Positions 56,222-64,000 of a DNA stretch of 64,000 bases are shown piece after piece; positions within the stretch are counted from its first letter, which is position 1, and every line of letters begins with the position of its first letter. The DNA lies in assembly GCA_963703085.1 (NCBI GenBank), contig OY969789.1, positions 1,523,398 to 1,587,397 of the forward strand. The letters run 5' to 3'. This stretch comes from an uncultured Actinomycetota bacterium. Lineage in GTDB: Bacteria; Actinomycetota; Actinomycetes; Mycobacteriales; Jatrophihabitantaceae. Both the position numbers and the translations under genes were made by a program. The notes beneath the pieces were generated by a model. The model saw nothing but the letters and a program-made list of their open reading frames with translations. It was not told where the DNA came from and did not search any database.

Positions 56222-57292
56222 TCAGTTCAATCCGGCGTAGCTGTGCAGGCCGGAGATCACGATGTTCACCACAAAGAAGTTGAAGGTCATGGCGGCGAAC
56301 CCGGCGACGTTGATCCACGCGGCAGCGCGGCCCTTCCAGCCGGCCGTGGCGCGGGCGTGCAGATACGCGGCGTAGACGACCCAGGCGATGAAGGCCCACG
56401 TCTCCTTCGGGTCCCATCCCCAGTAACGTCCCCACGCTGCCTCGGCCCAGATCGCGCCGCAGATGACGCCGAAGGTGTAGATCGGGAATGCGAAGGCGAC
56501 GATCCGGTACGCCGACTTGTCCAATGCCGAGGCGGCCGGAAGCCGATCGCCGATCGACACCGGGAAACGGGTACTGGCGCCGCTGGCCTGCGCCGCGTCG
56601 TAGCGGCGGCGGACCAGGAACAGCATGCTGAGCACCGCGGAGACCAGCAGCATTCCCTCGCCGGTGGCGGCCGCGGACACATGGATCGCCAACCAGTAGG
56701 ACTGCAGCGCGGGCACCAGCGGCTGCGCCTTCGCGTACAGCACGGTGCCGGCCAGGAACATCACGACGATCACCGGGATCATCACGAACAGGCCGAGGTA
56801 CCGCAGCTGCGGTGCGCGCAGCAGCGTCACCAGCCAGGCAGCGACGGCGACCATGCCGACCACCGCGGAGAACTCGTACATGTTCCCCCACGGCACCCGG
56901 TCGACCGCGATACCCCGGATCGACACCGAGGCGACGTGCACCAGGAACCCGATGACGGTCAGCCCGACCGCGGCCCGGCCGATCCACTCGGTACGCCGCG
57001 AGCCGTCCTTGCCGCCGCCGTCGTCGACGATCTCGACCAGCGGCGTTGCCGTCTCGCGCCGGCTCGCCGTGCTGTCGCTGAGGCTCTCCGCGGTAGACAG
57101 GCCGGCCGACCCGACCAGCACCTTCTCGGTCGTCGGAGCGACGCTCACGACGGGGGTGGTGGCCGCGATCTTGCCGCGCCTGCCGAAGGCGTACTCGGCG
57201 GTGTAGCCGAAGGCGGCCAGGGCGTACGTCGCGATGGCAGTGGTGAACAGCCCATCGGCCAGGTGCGCAAGCCCGTCGTTGACGGAGCTCAT
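56222..57292 (-). CDS. ccsA: c-type cytochrome biogenesis protein CcsA/CcsB (ResC)
   Basis: I trimmed the ORF to ATG 57292. The tryptophan-rich WWD-like heme-handling motif WGRYWGWDPKETWAF is present, with multiple TM helices. Confidence 0.92.
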   Translation of the reverse strand: MSSVNDGLAHLADGLFTTAIATYALAAFGYTAEYAFGRRGKIAATTPVVSVAPTTEKVLVGSAGLSTAESLSDSTASRRETATPLVEIVDDGGGKDGSRRTEWIGRAAVGLTVIGFLVHVASVSIRGIAVDRVPWGNMYEFSAVVGMVAVAAWLVTLLRAPQLRYLGLFVMIPVIVVMFLAGTVLYAKAQPLVPALQSYWLAIHVSAAATGEGMLLVSAVLSMLFLVRRRYDAAQASGASTRFPVSIGDRLPAASALDKSAYRIVAFAFPIYTFGVICGAIWAEAAWGRYWGWDPKETWAFIAWVVYAAYLHARATAGWKGRAAAWINVAGFAAMTFNFFVVNIVISGLHSYAGLN

Positions 57293-57365
57293 TGCTCGGC
57301 TCCGCGCTCGGTCCGCTCCTCGGGCGCTGCGGCGCCCTGCGACGCTCGCTCGCTGTCGCCTTCGG

Positions 57366-59042
57366 TCACCGCTCCTCACTCCCCTTCGCTGCGGGCCGGC
57401 TCGCCGCGTCCTCGCCGTCGGGTGCAAGTCGGCGCAGCAATGTGGCGAATTCCTCGGTGAAGTTGCCCGAATCGCTTCGGGCCAGGCCGCCGATGCTGAC
57501 CAGGGTAGGAGTGCCCGCCGCTGGTTGCCCCTTCGGGGTGCGCTCGGCCGGGACGAGGCGCAGCCACACCCGGCGACGCCGGATGCCCAACGAGCCGATC
57601 AGGCCGACCACCATCGCGGCTGCGGCGAGCAGCAAGTACTGCTGTGTCGGGTCGTGCGACACCTGGATGCTGGCGTACTGCTTCCAGCCGTCGAAGGTGA
57701 CCGATGCGCCGGTCGAGGTCGTCACCGTCTCGCCGACCTTCAGGTTCTTCTGGCCGACCCGCTTCAGCTTGCCGCTGCTGATGAGTGTCGGATCGAGGGA
57801 GTAGACGCTGCGCGGCACCCCATCGTTACCGACATCGCCTTGATAGACGAAGAGTCCGAGCACCGGGTCCTGGGCCCGCGGCGAGGCCGAGCCGATCGTG
57901 CCGCCCGGTTCGGCCACCGGGGTGGGCGCGAAGAACCCGGATAGGCCGATGTCGTTGCGGTGCGAACCGTTCGCCTCGGCCTTGCCGGGGAACTGGAAAG
58001 CACCCTCGCTGAAGTACGTGTTCGGGTCCTGCGGAATGAACGCGGCGGTGTTGGTGACCTTGGTGCCGTCCGGCATCGTCACCGTGACGGTGGGCGCGAA
58101 GCCGTGACCGATGAGGTACACCCGGTCGCCACCGACACGCAGCGGGTGGTTGACCGTGATTCGCTTGTGCTCGGCGTTGCCGTCGGCGCCGCGCGAGTAG
58201 GTGACGTCCGCAGCAAATTGCTTCGGCTCGCCGGTGTCGAGGTAGGTGGCGGTGAACTTGTTCAGGTCGTCGATGCAGAACGGGGCGACCCGGCCGTCCT
58301 GAGCCAACCGGCCCGGTCGCCACGAGTCGTACTGCTGCACCTGGTTGCAGAACGACGAGCCCTCGATGAGGATCACCGAGCCCGTGTAACCCCACAGCCG
58401 GCCGATCGCGATCGCGAACAGCGCGCACAGCAAGGCAATGTGGAAGAGGAGGTTGCCGGTCTCCCGGCTGTACCCCTTCTCCGCCGAGATCGTGACGACG
58501 CCACGCTTCTCCGTGCGCACCTCGGTGCGCCACCGCCGGCCGAGCGCAGCGCGCAGTTGCGTGGCCGCGTCCTCGGGCGGCTCGTCCACCGTGAACGCGC
58601 CGGACTCGGGCAGCCGGTCGAGGTTCTTCGGCGCGGCCAGCGGCCGGGCTCGCAGCGCCCGCCAGTGCAACCTGATCCGGGGCACCAGGCAGCCGACCAG
58701 CGACACGGCAAGCAGCAGGTAGATCGCCGCGAACCAGGGCGAGCCGAACACGTCGAAGAAACCGAACCGGTTCAGCAGCCGGCCCCACCCGCCGTGCGTG
58801 GCCAGGTACTGCTGCACGTTGCTCGGATTGAGCGGGCGTTGCGGCAGCAGGGATCCGGGCACCGATGCGACCGCCAGCAGGAAGAGCAGGACGAGCGCGG
58901 TGCGCATGCTGATCAGCCGCCGCCAGGCCCGTCGGGAGACCCGCACCACCTCGTTCAGCGGCCCACGCGGCGGCCGGCCCGGTGGCGTCGTGGCCGGCCC
59001 TTTGGTCGCCTTTTTGGCAGTACTACCGGTGGAGACCGTCAC
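57366..59042 (-). CDS. resB: cytochrome c biogenesis protein ResB (Ccs1)
   Basis: I trimmed the ORF to GTG 59042, which overlaps the ccdA stop (GTGA). Contains SMRTALVLLFLLAVASVPGSLLPQR and GFFDVFGSPWFAAIYLLL. Large extracytoplasmic domain and a C-terminal TM helix. Confidence 0.9.
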   Translation of the reverse strand: MTVSTGSTAKKATKGPATTPPGRPPRGPLNEVVRVSRRAWRRLISMRTALVLLFLLAVASVPGSLLPQRPLNPSNVQQYLATHGGWGRLLNRFGFFDVFGSPWFAAIYLLLAVSLVGCLVPRIRLHWRALRARPLAAPKNLDRLPESGAFTVDEPPEDAATQLRAALGRRWRTEVRTEKRGVVTISAEKGYSRETGNLLFHIALLCALFAIAIGRLWGYTGSVILIEGSSFCNQVQQYDSWRPGRLAQDGRVAPFCIDDLNKFTATYLDTGEPKQFAADVTYSRGADGNAEHKRITVNHPLRVGGDRVYLIGHGFAPTVTVTMPDGTKVTNTAAFIPQDPNTYFSEGAFQFPGKAEANGSHRNDIGLSGFFAPTPVAEPGGTIGSASPRAQDPVLGLFVYQGDVGNDGVPRSVYSLDPTLISSGKLKRVGQKNLKVGETVTTSTGASVTFDGWKQYASIQVSHDPTQQYLLLAAAAMVVGLIGSLGIRRRRVWLRLVPAERTPKGQPAAGTPTLVSIGGLARSDSGNFTEEFATLLRRLAPDGEDAASRPAAKGSEER

Positions 59043-59824
59043 AGTCCGCTCCCCACCCCGGGGCTCTGCCCGGTCCAATTCAGGAGCTGGTTCATCCAGT
59101 CGTTCCACGTGCCGGTCAGCAGCAACACGCCGATGACGATGAGCAGCGCGCCGCCGATCCGGCCCACCGCGCGAGCATGCCGGCGCACGAAGGTCAGTGC
59201 GCCGGTCACCCACCCGACGCCGAGCGCCACGAGCACGAACGGGACGCCCAGACCGATGCAGTAGGCGACGGTGAGGAAGGCGCCACGTCCTGCGGTGCCC
59301 TGCGTGGAGGCGAGGCTGAGCACAGCGCCGAACGTCGGGGTCAGGCACGGTGTCCAGGCCAGCCCGAAGGCGATGCCCAGCACCGGCGCGCCGAGCAACC
59401 CGGCTCGGGGCAGTCGGTGCACCTTCAGTTCCCGTTGCAGGAACGGGATTCCGCCGAGGAAGACGATGCCGAGGACGATCACGAGAGCGCCGAGAATCCG
59501 CTGCAGGGTCTCCTTGTGCACCACGATCGCGTCGGCGAGGCTGCCGAACAGGATGCCCTGCGCCACGAATATCGCAGTGAACCCGAACACGAACAGCACC
59601 GCACCGGACACCATCCGGCGCTGGCTCGGACCAGCGCTGGTCGACTCGGTGTCACCGGTCAGTCCGGTGACGTAGGAGAGGTAGCCGGGCACCAGCGGCA
59701 GCACGCACGGTGAGAGAAAGCCGATCAGCCCGACCAGTGCGGCCGCGCCGGCGGCAGCGAGCAGGGAGCCGTCGGTCACGGTATTGGCAAAGCCGGTGGC
59801 GACGGGCACGGCGAGTCCGGACAT
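59039..59824 (-). CDS. ccdA: cytochrome c biogenesis protein CcdA (thiol-disulfide transporter)
   Basis: 261 aa. The two conserved Cys motifs are FLSPCVLPLVPGY and WTPCLTPTFG. Confidence 0.92.
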   Translation of the reverse strand: MSGLAVPVATGFANTVTDGSLLAAAGAAALVGLIGFLSPCVLPLVPGYLSYVTGLTGDTESTSAGPSQRRMVSGAVLFVFGFTAIFVAQGILFGSLADAIVVHKETLQRILGALVIVLGIVFLGGIPFLQRELKVHRLPRAGLLGAPVLGIAFGLAWTPCLTPTFGAVLSLASTQGTAGRGAFLTVAYCIGLGVPFVLVALGVGWVTGALTFVRRHARAVGRIGGALLIVIGVLLLTGTWNDWMNQLLNWTGQSPGVGSGL

Positions 59825-59837
59825 GAATCGAGGCGAC

Positions 59838-60443
59838 TCAGTGCTCGGAGATGAGCGAGGTGAGGACGGGTTGCAGGTCGCCGGGTTGCACCAGGTTGAC
59901 GTAAACCGCTGCGACCTTGCCCTGTTTGTCGATCACCACGGTGTTCGGCAAGCCCTGCAACGGAAGATGACCGATTTGCAGGGCGGTCCTGGCGCCCTCG
60001 TCGTACACGATCGGGTAGGTGATGTCGTTGTCCTTGACGAATGCCTTCGCAGGGCTGGGGCTGGTCTCTTTCACGTCGATGCCGACGAAGGCGACGCCCT
60101 TGGCCTGGTAGGCGCGGTAGACCCGTTCGAAGTTCGGCGTCTCCACCCGGCACGGCGCACACCAGGTACCCCAGTAGTTGACCACCACGACCTGGCCCTT
60201 GAGCGAGCGCAGCGTCCACGCCGTTCCGTCCAGCAGAGAACCGGTCGCCGGGCCGGCCGTCTTGCGCTTGCCCGGTGCGATCGTCTTGCCTTTCGGCGTC
60301 GCGCCCACGTACTTGTACTGCCCACCCGCGGTCTGGTCGACGGCGTCCTTACTGCCGGTGCACCCAGCCAGCACCAGGGAAACGCACAGCGCGATCAGGA
60401 CAGGGCGAATCGCCTTACCGGACAGACGAATCGATCGGGTCAT
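59838..60443 (-). CDS. TlpA/ResA family thiol-disulfide oxidoreductase lipoprotein
   Basis: I trimmed the ORF to ATG 60443 (lipobox LAGCTG). Thioredoxin motif NYWGTWCAPCRVETP. Confidence 0.9.
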   Translation of the reverse strand: MTRSIRLSGKAIRPVLIALCVSLVLAGCTGSKDAVDQTAGGQYKYVGATPKGKTIAPGKRKTAGPATGSLLDGTAWTLRSLKGQVVVVNYWGTWCAPCRVETPNFERVYRAYQAKGVAFVGIDVKETSPSPAKAFVKDNDITYPIVYDEGARTALQIGHLPLQGLPNTVVIDKQGKVAAVYVNLVQPGDLQPVLTSLISEH

Positions 60444-60531
60444 GGTCGCTCCAGTGTGCCTTCCGCACCAGTGTGACCCACGCCCGCCCCCGGTCCGAGC
60501 CGGGTTCAGCGTCGCCGCTGCCGTGACCGGG

Positions 60532-61233
60532 TCAGGTGGCGCAGGAGTCGTCGGTGCAGGTTCCGGCATCGGTGCGACCGGCGAAGACCGGCAATGGGTG
60601 CGCATCGGCCCAGGCCTGGTCCAGTGCCTGGGTGAACACCTCGACCGGCTGGGCACCGGAGACCGCGAACTTCTCGTCGAAGACGAAGAACGGAACGCCT
60701 TGCACGCCGTACGCGTGGGCCTGCGCGATGTCGGCGTCGACGGCGTCGCCGTAGCGATCCGAAGCCAGTACGTCGCGCACCTCGGCCTCGTCGAGACCGA
60801 CCTCGACGGCGAGTTTTGTGAGTGCCTCGTGGTCACCGATCGGAGCGCCTTCGGTGAAGTAGCCGGCCAGGAAACGCTCCTTGGCCGCATCCTGCAGACC
60901 GTGCTCGGCGGCGAGGTGGAGGAGCCGGTGCGCATCGCGGGTGTTACCCGATCGTGCGTCGTCGAGGTGGAAGTCGAGACCCGCGGCGGCCGCGTTGGCC
61001 GTCATCTTCGCGTTGGACTGTTCGGCCTGCTCCAAGGTCATGCCGTACTTGGCGCTCAGCATGCTCGCCATCGACTGGGTGCTCTGCGCCGGTGCCGACG
61101 GGTCCAGTTGGAAGCTGCGCCAGTGCACGGTCACGTCGTCACGGTGGGCGAACTCGGCGAGAGCGGCCTCGAGGTGACGCTTGCCGATGTAGCAGAACGG
61201 GCACACCACGTCGGACCAGATGTCGATCTTCAT
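60532..61233 (-). CDS. DsbA family oxidoreductase (FrnE-like)
   Basis: I trimmed the ORF to ATG 61233 (MKIDIWSDVVCPFCYIGK, CPFC active site). Contains GVQGVPFFVF and a C-terminal CTDDSC (Cx4C) tail. An alternative start is ATG 61266. Confidence 0.9.
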   Translation of the reverse strand: MKIDIWSDVVCPFCYIGKRHLEAALAEFAHRDDVTVHWRSFQLDPSAPAQSTQSMASMLSAKYGMTLEQAEQSNAKMTANAAAAGLDFHLDDARSGNTRDAHRLLHLAAEHGLQDAAKERFLAGYFTEGAPIGDHEALTKLAVEVGLDEAEVRDVLASDRYGDAVDADIAQAHAYGVQGVPFFVFDEKFAVSGAQPVEVFTQALDQAWADAHPLPVFAGRTDAGTCTDDSCAT

Positions 61234-61295
61234 ACCGGTGCCAACGCCGTCTCGCGGCGCGGGCATTCCCGCCTGCTCGGCCGTCCGCTCGCCGG

Positions 61296-61925
61296 TCACG
61301 CTCCGGGCACTGCGCCCTTCGGTGTCGCACCGGCCGGCTCGGCGTAACTCACCGACACGATCTCCGCGCCGGCGAACGTCAGCGACGTGACCGAGCCGAG
61401 CGAGCAATGCCGCTTGCGCGGGTCGTGCCACAACCGCTCTCCGCGGGCAGCTCGGGTGAGGATGACGATCGGCAGCTGATGGCTGACGCATACCGCTTCG
61501 TGCCCCTCGGCGGCGGCGCGGGCGGCCTGAACAGCGGCGAGCATGCGCGCCGCGATCTCGGTGTACGGCTCCCCCCAGGAGGGCCGGAACGGGTTGCGAT
61601 AGAGCGGCCAGTACGCGGGTTTGGCCAACTGCGCCATCGGTCCGCCGGCCACTCGGTGTCCCTCGAATGCATTGGCGGCCTCGATCAGCCGGTCATCCTG
61701 ATGTACCTGCAGGCCAGTCATCGCGGCGAGCGGGGCGGCAGTCTCCAAGGCCCGTTCCAGTGGCGAGGAGACCAGGTGGCTGAGGTCCCGGCCGGCCAGA
61801 TACGCGGCCGCCTTCTCGGCCATCGCGACGCCCGCGTCGGAGAGGTGGTAGCCGGGCAGCCGCCCGTACAAGACCTTCTCCGGATTGAACACCTCGCCGT
61901 GGCGCACCAGGTGCACGACGGTCAC
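61296..61925 (-). CDS. histidine phosphatase family protein
   Basis: I trimmed the ORF to GTG 61925, which overlaps the hemL stop (GTGA). RHG motif LVRHGEV is present, plus a later SHQLPI. Confidence 0.88.
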   Translation of the reverse strand: MTVVHLVRHGEVFNPEKVLYGRLPGYHLSDAGVAMAEKAAAYLAGRDLSHLVSSPLERALETAAPLAAMTGLQVHQDDRLIEAANAFEGHRVAGGPMAQLAKPAYWPLYRNPFRPSWGEPYTEIAARMLAAVQAARAAAEGHEAVCVSHQLPIVILTRAARGERLWHDPRKRHCSLGSVTSLTFAGAEIVSVSYAEPAGATPKGAVPGA

Positions 61926-63250
61926 GCGACGCCTGCCTTCGCAGCGGCCAGCGCGGCGGCGGGCAGTGCCGCGGCGATGCGGTCGATCGCGGCGTCGTCG
62001 TGCGCGGCGCTGACGAACCACGCCTCGAACGCGCTCGGCGGCAGGTACACGCCGCCGTCGAGCATCGCGTGGAAGAAGGCGCGGTAACGCTCGGTGTTCG
62101 CGTTCTGCGCCGCCTGTGCGGTGGCGAAGTCGCGCACCGGTGCTGAGCTGAAGAACACCGAGAAGAGGTTGCCGGCGTACTGCACCTGATGCTCGACGCC
62201 CGCCGTACGCAATGCTTCGCCGGCCAGTGCACCGATCTCCTTCGCGACCTGGTCCAGCCGGGCGTAGACGTCCGGTGTGCAGTGCCGCAAGGTCGTCAGC
62301 CCCGCGGCGACGGCGACCGGATTGCCCGACAGCGTGCCGGCTTGATACACCGGGCCGGCCGGGCTGAGCTGGCCCATCACCTCGGTGCGGCCACCGAACG
62401 CGGCAGCGGGCAGGCCGCCGCTCATCACCTTGCCGAAGGTGACGAGGTCTGCGTCCACCGGGTCGAGGCCGTACCAACCGGCCGAGCTGACCCGGAACCC
62501 GGTCATCACCTCGTCCATCACCAGCAATGCGCCATACCGGCTGGTGATCTCGCGCAGTCCGGCGTTGAAGCCCGGGTCCGGTGGGACGGCGCCCATGTTG
62601 CCGGCCGCCGCCTCGGTGATGAGGCAGGCGATGTCTGCGCCGTCCTTCGCGAACGCCGCTTCCACGGCCGGGAGGTCGTTGTAGGGCAGCACGATCGTCT
62701 CGCCGGCCTGCGCGTCGGTTACCCCAGGGGTTTCCGGATGCGCGAAGGTGACGACTCCGGAGCCGGCGGCGGCCAGCAGGGCGTCCACGTGGCCGTGGTA
62801 GCACCCGGCGAACTTCACGATTCGGCGCCGCCCGGTGACGCCCCGGGCCAGCCGGATCGCGCTCATCGTCGCCTCGGTGCCCGAATTGACCAGCCGGACC
62901 TGCTGCACCGGTGACGCCGGGTTGACCGCGCGCAGCCGGGCGATGATTTCCTCGGCGAGCTGCACCTCGCCCTCGGTCGGGGTGCCGAACGACAGCCCGT
63001 GAGTGGCCGCCTCGCGGACCGCATCGACCACGGCCGGGTGAGCGTGGCCGAGCACCATCGGGCCCCACGAGCCGACCAGGTCGACGTACTCTCGGCCGTC
63101 GGCGTCGGTCAGGTAGGGGCCGTGCCCGCTTGCCATGAACCGCGGCGTGCCGCCGACCGCGCGGAACGCCCGCACCGGGGAGTTGACCCCGCCGGGGATG
63201 ACGGCCTGCGCCCGGGCGAACAGTTCAGCAGAGCGCGGTGCGTCGGTCAC
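61922..63250 (-). CDS. hemL: glutamate-1-semialdehyde 2,1-aminomutase
   Basis: [36 protein letters not shown], and the PLP-Lys context [11 protein letters not shown]. The start is set at GTG 63250 with GGGAG upstream. Confidence 0.95.
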   Translation of the reverse strand: MTDAPRSAELFARAQAVIPGGVNSPVRAFRAVGGTPRFMASGHGPYLTDADGREYVDLVGSWGPMVLGHAHPAVVDAVREAATHGLSFGTPTEGEVQLAEEIIARLRAVNPASPVQQVRLVNSGTEATMSAIRLARGVTGRRRIVKFAGCYHGHVDALLAAAGSGVVTFAHPETPGVTDAQAGETIVLPYNDLPAVEAAFAKDGADIACLITEAAAGNMGAVPPDPGFNAGLREITSRYGALLVMDEVMTGFRVSSAGWYGLDPVDADLVTFGKVMSGGLPAAAFGGRTEVMGQLSPAGPVYQAGTLSGNPVAVAAGLTTLRHCTPDVYARLDQVAKEIGALAGEALRTAGVEHQVQYAGNLFSVFFSSAPVRDFATAQAAQNANTERYRAFFHAMLDGGVYLPPSAFEAWFVSAAHDDAAIDRIAAALPAAALAAAKAGVA

Positions 63251-63304
63251 CCAGCCAGTCTCCCAGCTGCCGCGACTCCCGCCGCGCCTGGTGCCCGCAT
63301 CCGT

Positions 63305-63354
63305 GATGATCAAGGCGAGAGTGGGGCTATCGCCCGAATCTCGCCTTGATCATC
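63305..63354. repeat. extragenic palindromic element, copy A (16-bp perfect stem, 18-nt loop)
   Basis: gatgatcaaggcgaga (63305-63320) pairs with tctcgccttgatcatc (63339-63354). It starts 18 nt after the rhodanese stop. It shares outer stem and flanks with copy B. Confidence 0.85.
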
Positions 63355-63371
63355 GCGGGATGGGGCGGAGG

Positions 63372-63704
63372 TCAGGACTTGCGCTCGCCGGGCTCCGGAC
63401 CGGTGACGACCGGCAGGCCGGCGGCTTGCCAGGCCTTGGTGCCGCCGTCGACGGACATGGCGGTCCGGCCCAGCGCGTCGAGTTGCGCAGCTGCCTTCCC
63501 GGCCCGGCCGCCCATACTGCACAGCGTGATGATCTGCCCGGCCGGCAGGTCGGCCGCCCGGCTCGGGATCGTCGCGATCGGGACGTTCACCGCTCCGGCG
63601 ACATGCCCGGCCGCATATTCTTCGGGGTCGCGCACATCGATGAACAGGTCACCGGCCCGCCACATCTCTCGCGCCGTCGGGACATCCACCTTCTCTGCTG
63701 CCAT
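63372..63704 (-). CDS. rhodanese-like domain protein
   Basis: I trimmed the ORF to ATG 63704. Contains DVRDPEEYAAGHVAGAVNVP and the active-site loop CSMGGRAG. Confidence 0.88.
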   Translation of the reverse strand: MAAEKVDVPTAREMWRAGDLFIDVRDPEEYAAGHVAGAVNVPIATIPSRAADLPAGQIITLCSMGGRAGKAAAQLDALGRTAMSVDGGTKAWQAAGLPVVTGPEPGERKS

Positions 63705-63742
63705 GCCTCCACCCTGCCACGCACCGAACCCGACAGCATCCC

Positions 63743-63798
63743 TCGCGATGATCAAGGTCGTTTGGTTGCCCTGGCGACCAAACGACCTTGATCATCGC
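63743..63798. repeat. extragenic palindromic element, copy B (23-bp perfect stem, 10-nt loop)
   Basis: cgcgatgatcaaggtcgtttggt (63743-63765) pairs with accaaacgaccttgatcatcgcg (63776-63798). It lies between the stop of the upstream partial gene (63811) and the rhodanese start. Confidence 0.85.
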
Positions 63799-63810
63799 GG
63801 GAGGGGCGCG

Positions 63811-63999
63811 ATCACGGGACCGGACGGGTCCAGCCGAGTGCGGTGGCCAGCTCGGCCGGATGCCGGGTCGCCAGCACGACCGCGGAACCGTCCGCGCGAG
63901 TGATCGTCACCCCGGAGCTGTCCCGGGTGAGCGTCTCCGCGCCCCCCCAACCACGGGCCTGTCCCCACAGTTCGGCCGCCCGGTCGATCCCGGGTCGGC
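63811..63999 (-). CDS. hypothetical protein (partial; only the C-terminal 62 aa are in the window)
   Basis: Manual reverse translation gives an open frame to the window edge: ...CRPGIDRAAELWGQARGWGGAETLTRDSSGVTITRADGSAVVLATRHPAELATALGWTRPVP*. GC3 is high. I recognised no family. Confidence 0.4.
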
Positions 64000-64000
64000 A

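Noticed and set aside
63346-63903. 185-aa plus-strand ORF across the rhodanese region, and the N-terminal extension of the rhodanese ORF to 63755.
   Set aside because: The plus-strand ORF is antisense to the rhodanese gene and has shadow-frame composition. The rhodanese extension would run into palindromic element B, and ATG 63704 gives a typical single-domain rhodanese.

Overview
High-GC (about 70%) actinobacterial chromosomal segment; the printed sequence ends at 63999. It is almost fully coding. I could not recognise any rRNA, tRNA, CRISPR array, transposase or integrase. The backbone is a conserved housekeeping block, recalled from memory as the M. tuberculosis Rv3602c-Rv3628 / Streptomyces SCO3382-3409 order: nadB-panC-DUF2520, then DUF3180-folK-folB-folP-folE-ftsH-hpt-tilS-Zn protease, then dacB-ppa. 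The window also carries menaquinone genes (menF, menD, menC, menB, menE, menG) and the system II cytochrome c maturation cluster (hemL, phosphatase, DsbA, ResA, CcdA, ResB, CcsA). Accessory blocks are inserted into this backbone. First, a glycine-betaine-type ABC transporter is split by the men genes. Second, an 8.9-kb GntR-controlled glycoside/sugar-acid operon (ABC importer, RraA-like, DUF5054/GH38-like, GudD-like dehydratase, SDR) sits between the Zn protease and dacB. Third, there is an ABC-2 exporter plus NarL-type two-component operon. Fourth, there is an NgcE-like sugar ABC/SIS/BadF-kinase locus. The observations most worth follow-up are these. (1) Five perfect 30-bp tandem repeats each carry SD+ATG+TGA and form a 56-codon repeat-encoded micro-ORF that overlaps the ABC-2 permease stop and ends 10 nt before the kinase start. 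(2) An apparent operon encodes a Pro-rich micro-protein, an Asp/Gly-rich triple-repeat micro-protein, a JmjC/cupin-4 oxygenase and a sucrase-ferredoxin-like protein. (3) Two related long palindromic elements with covarying inner stems bracket a rhodanese gene. (4) A 17-bp perfect inverted repeat lies in the menC/menB divergent region. All functional calls come from reading the translated ORFs and recalling family motifs; no database search was possible. Many long ORFs in the track are antisense shadow ORFs typical of high-GC DNA and were rejected.
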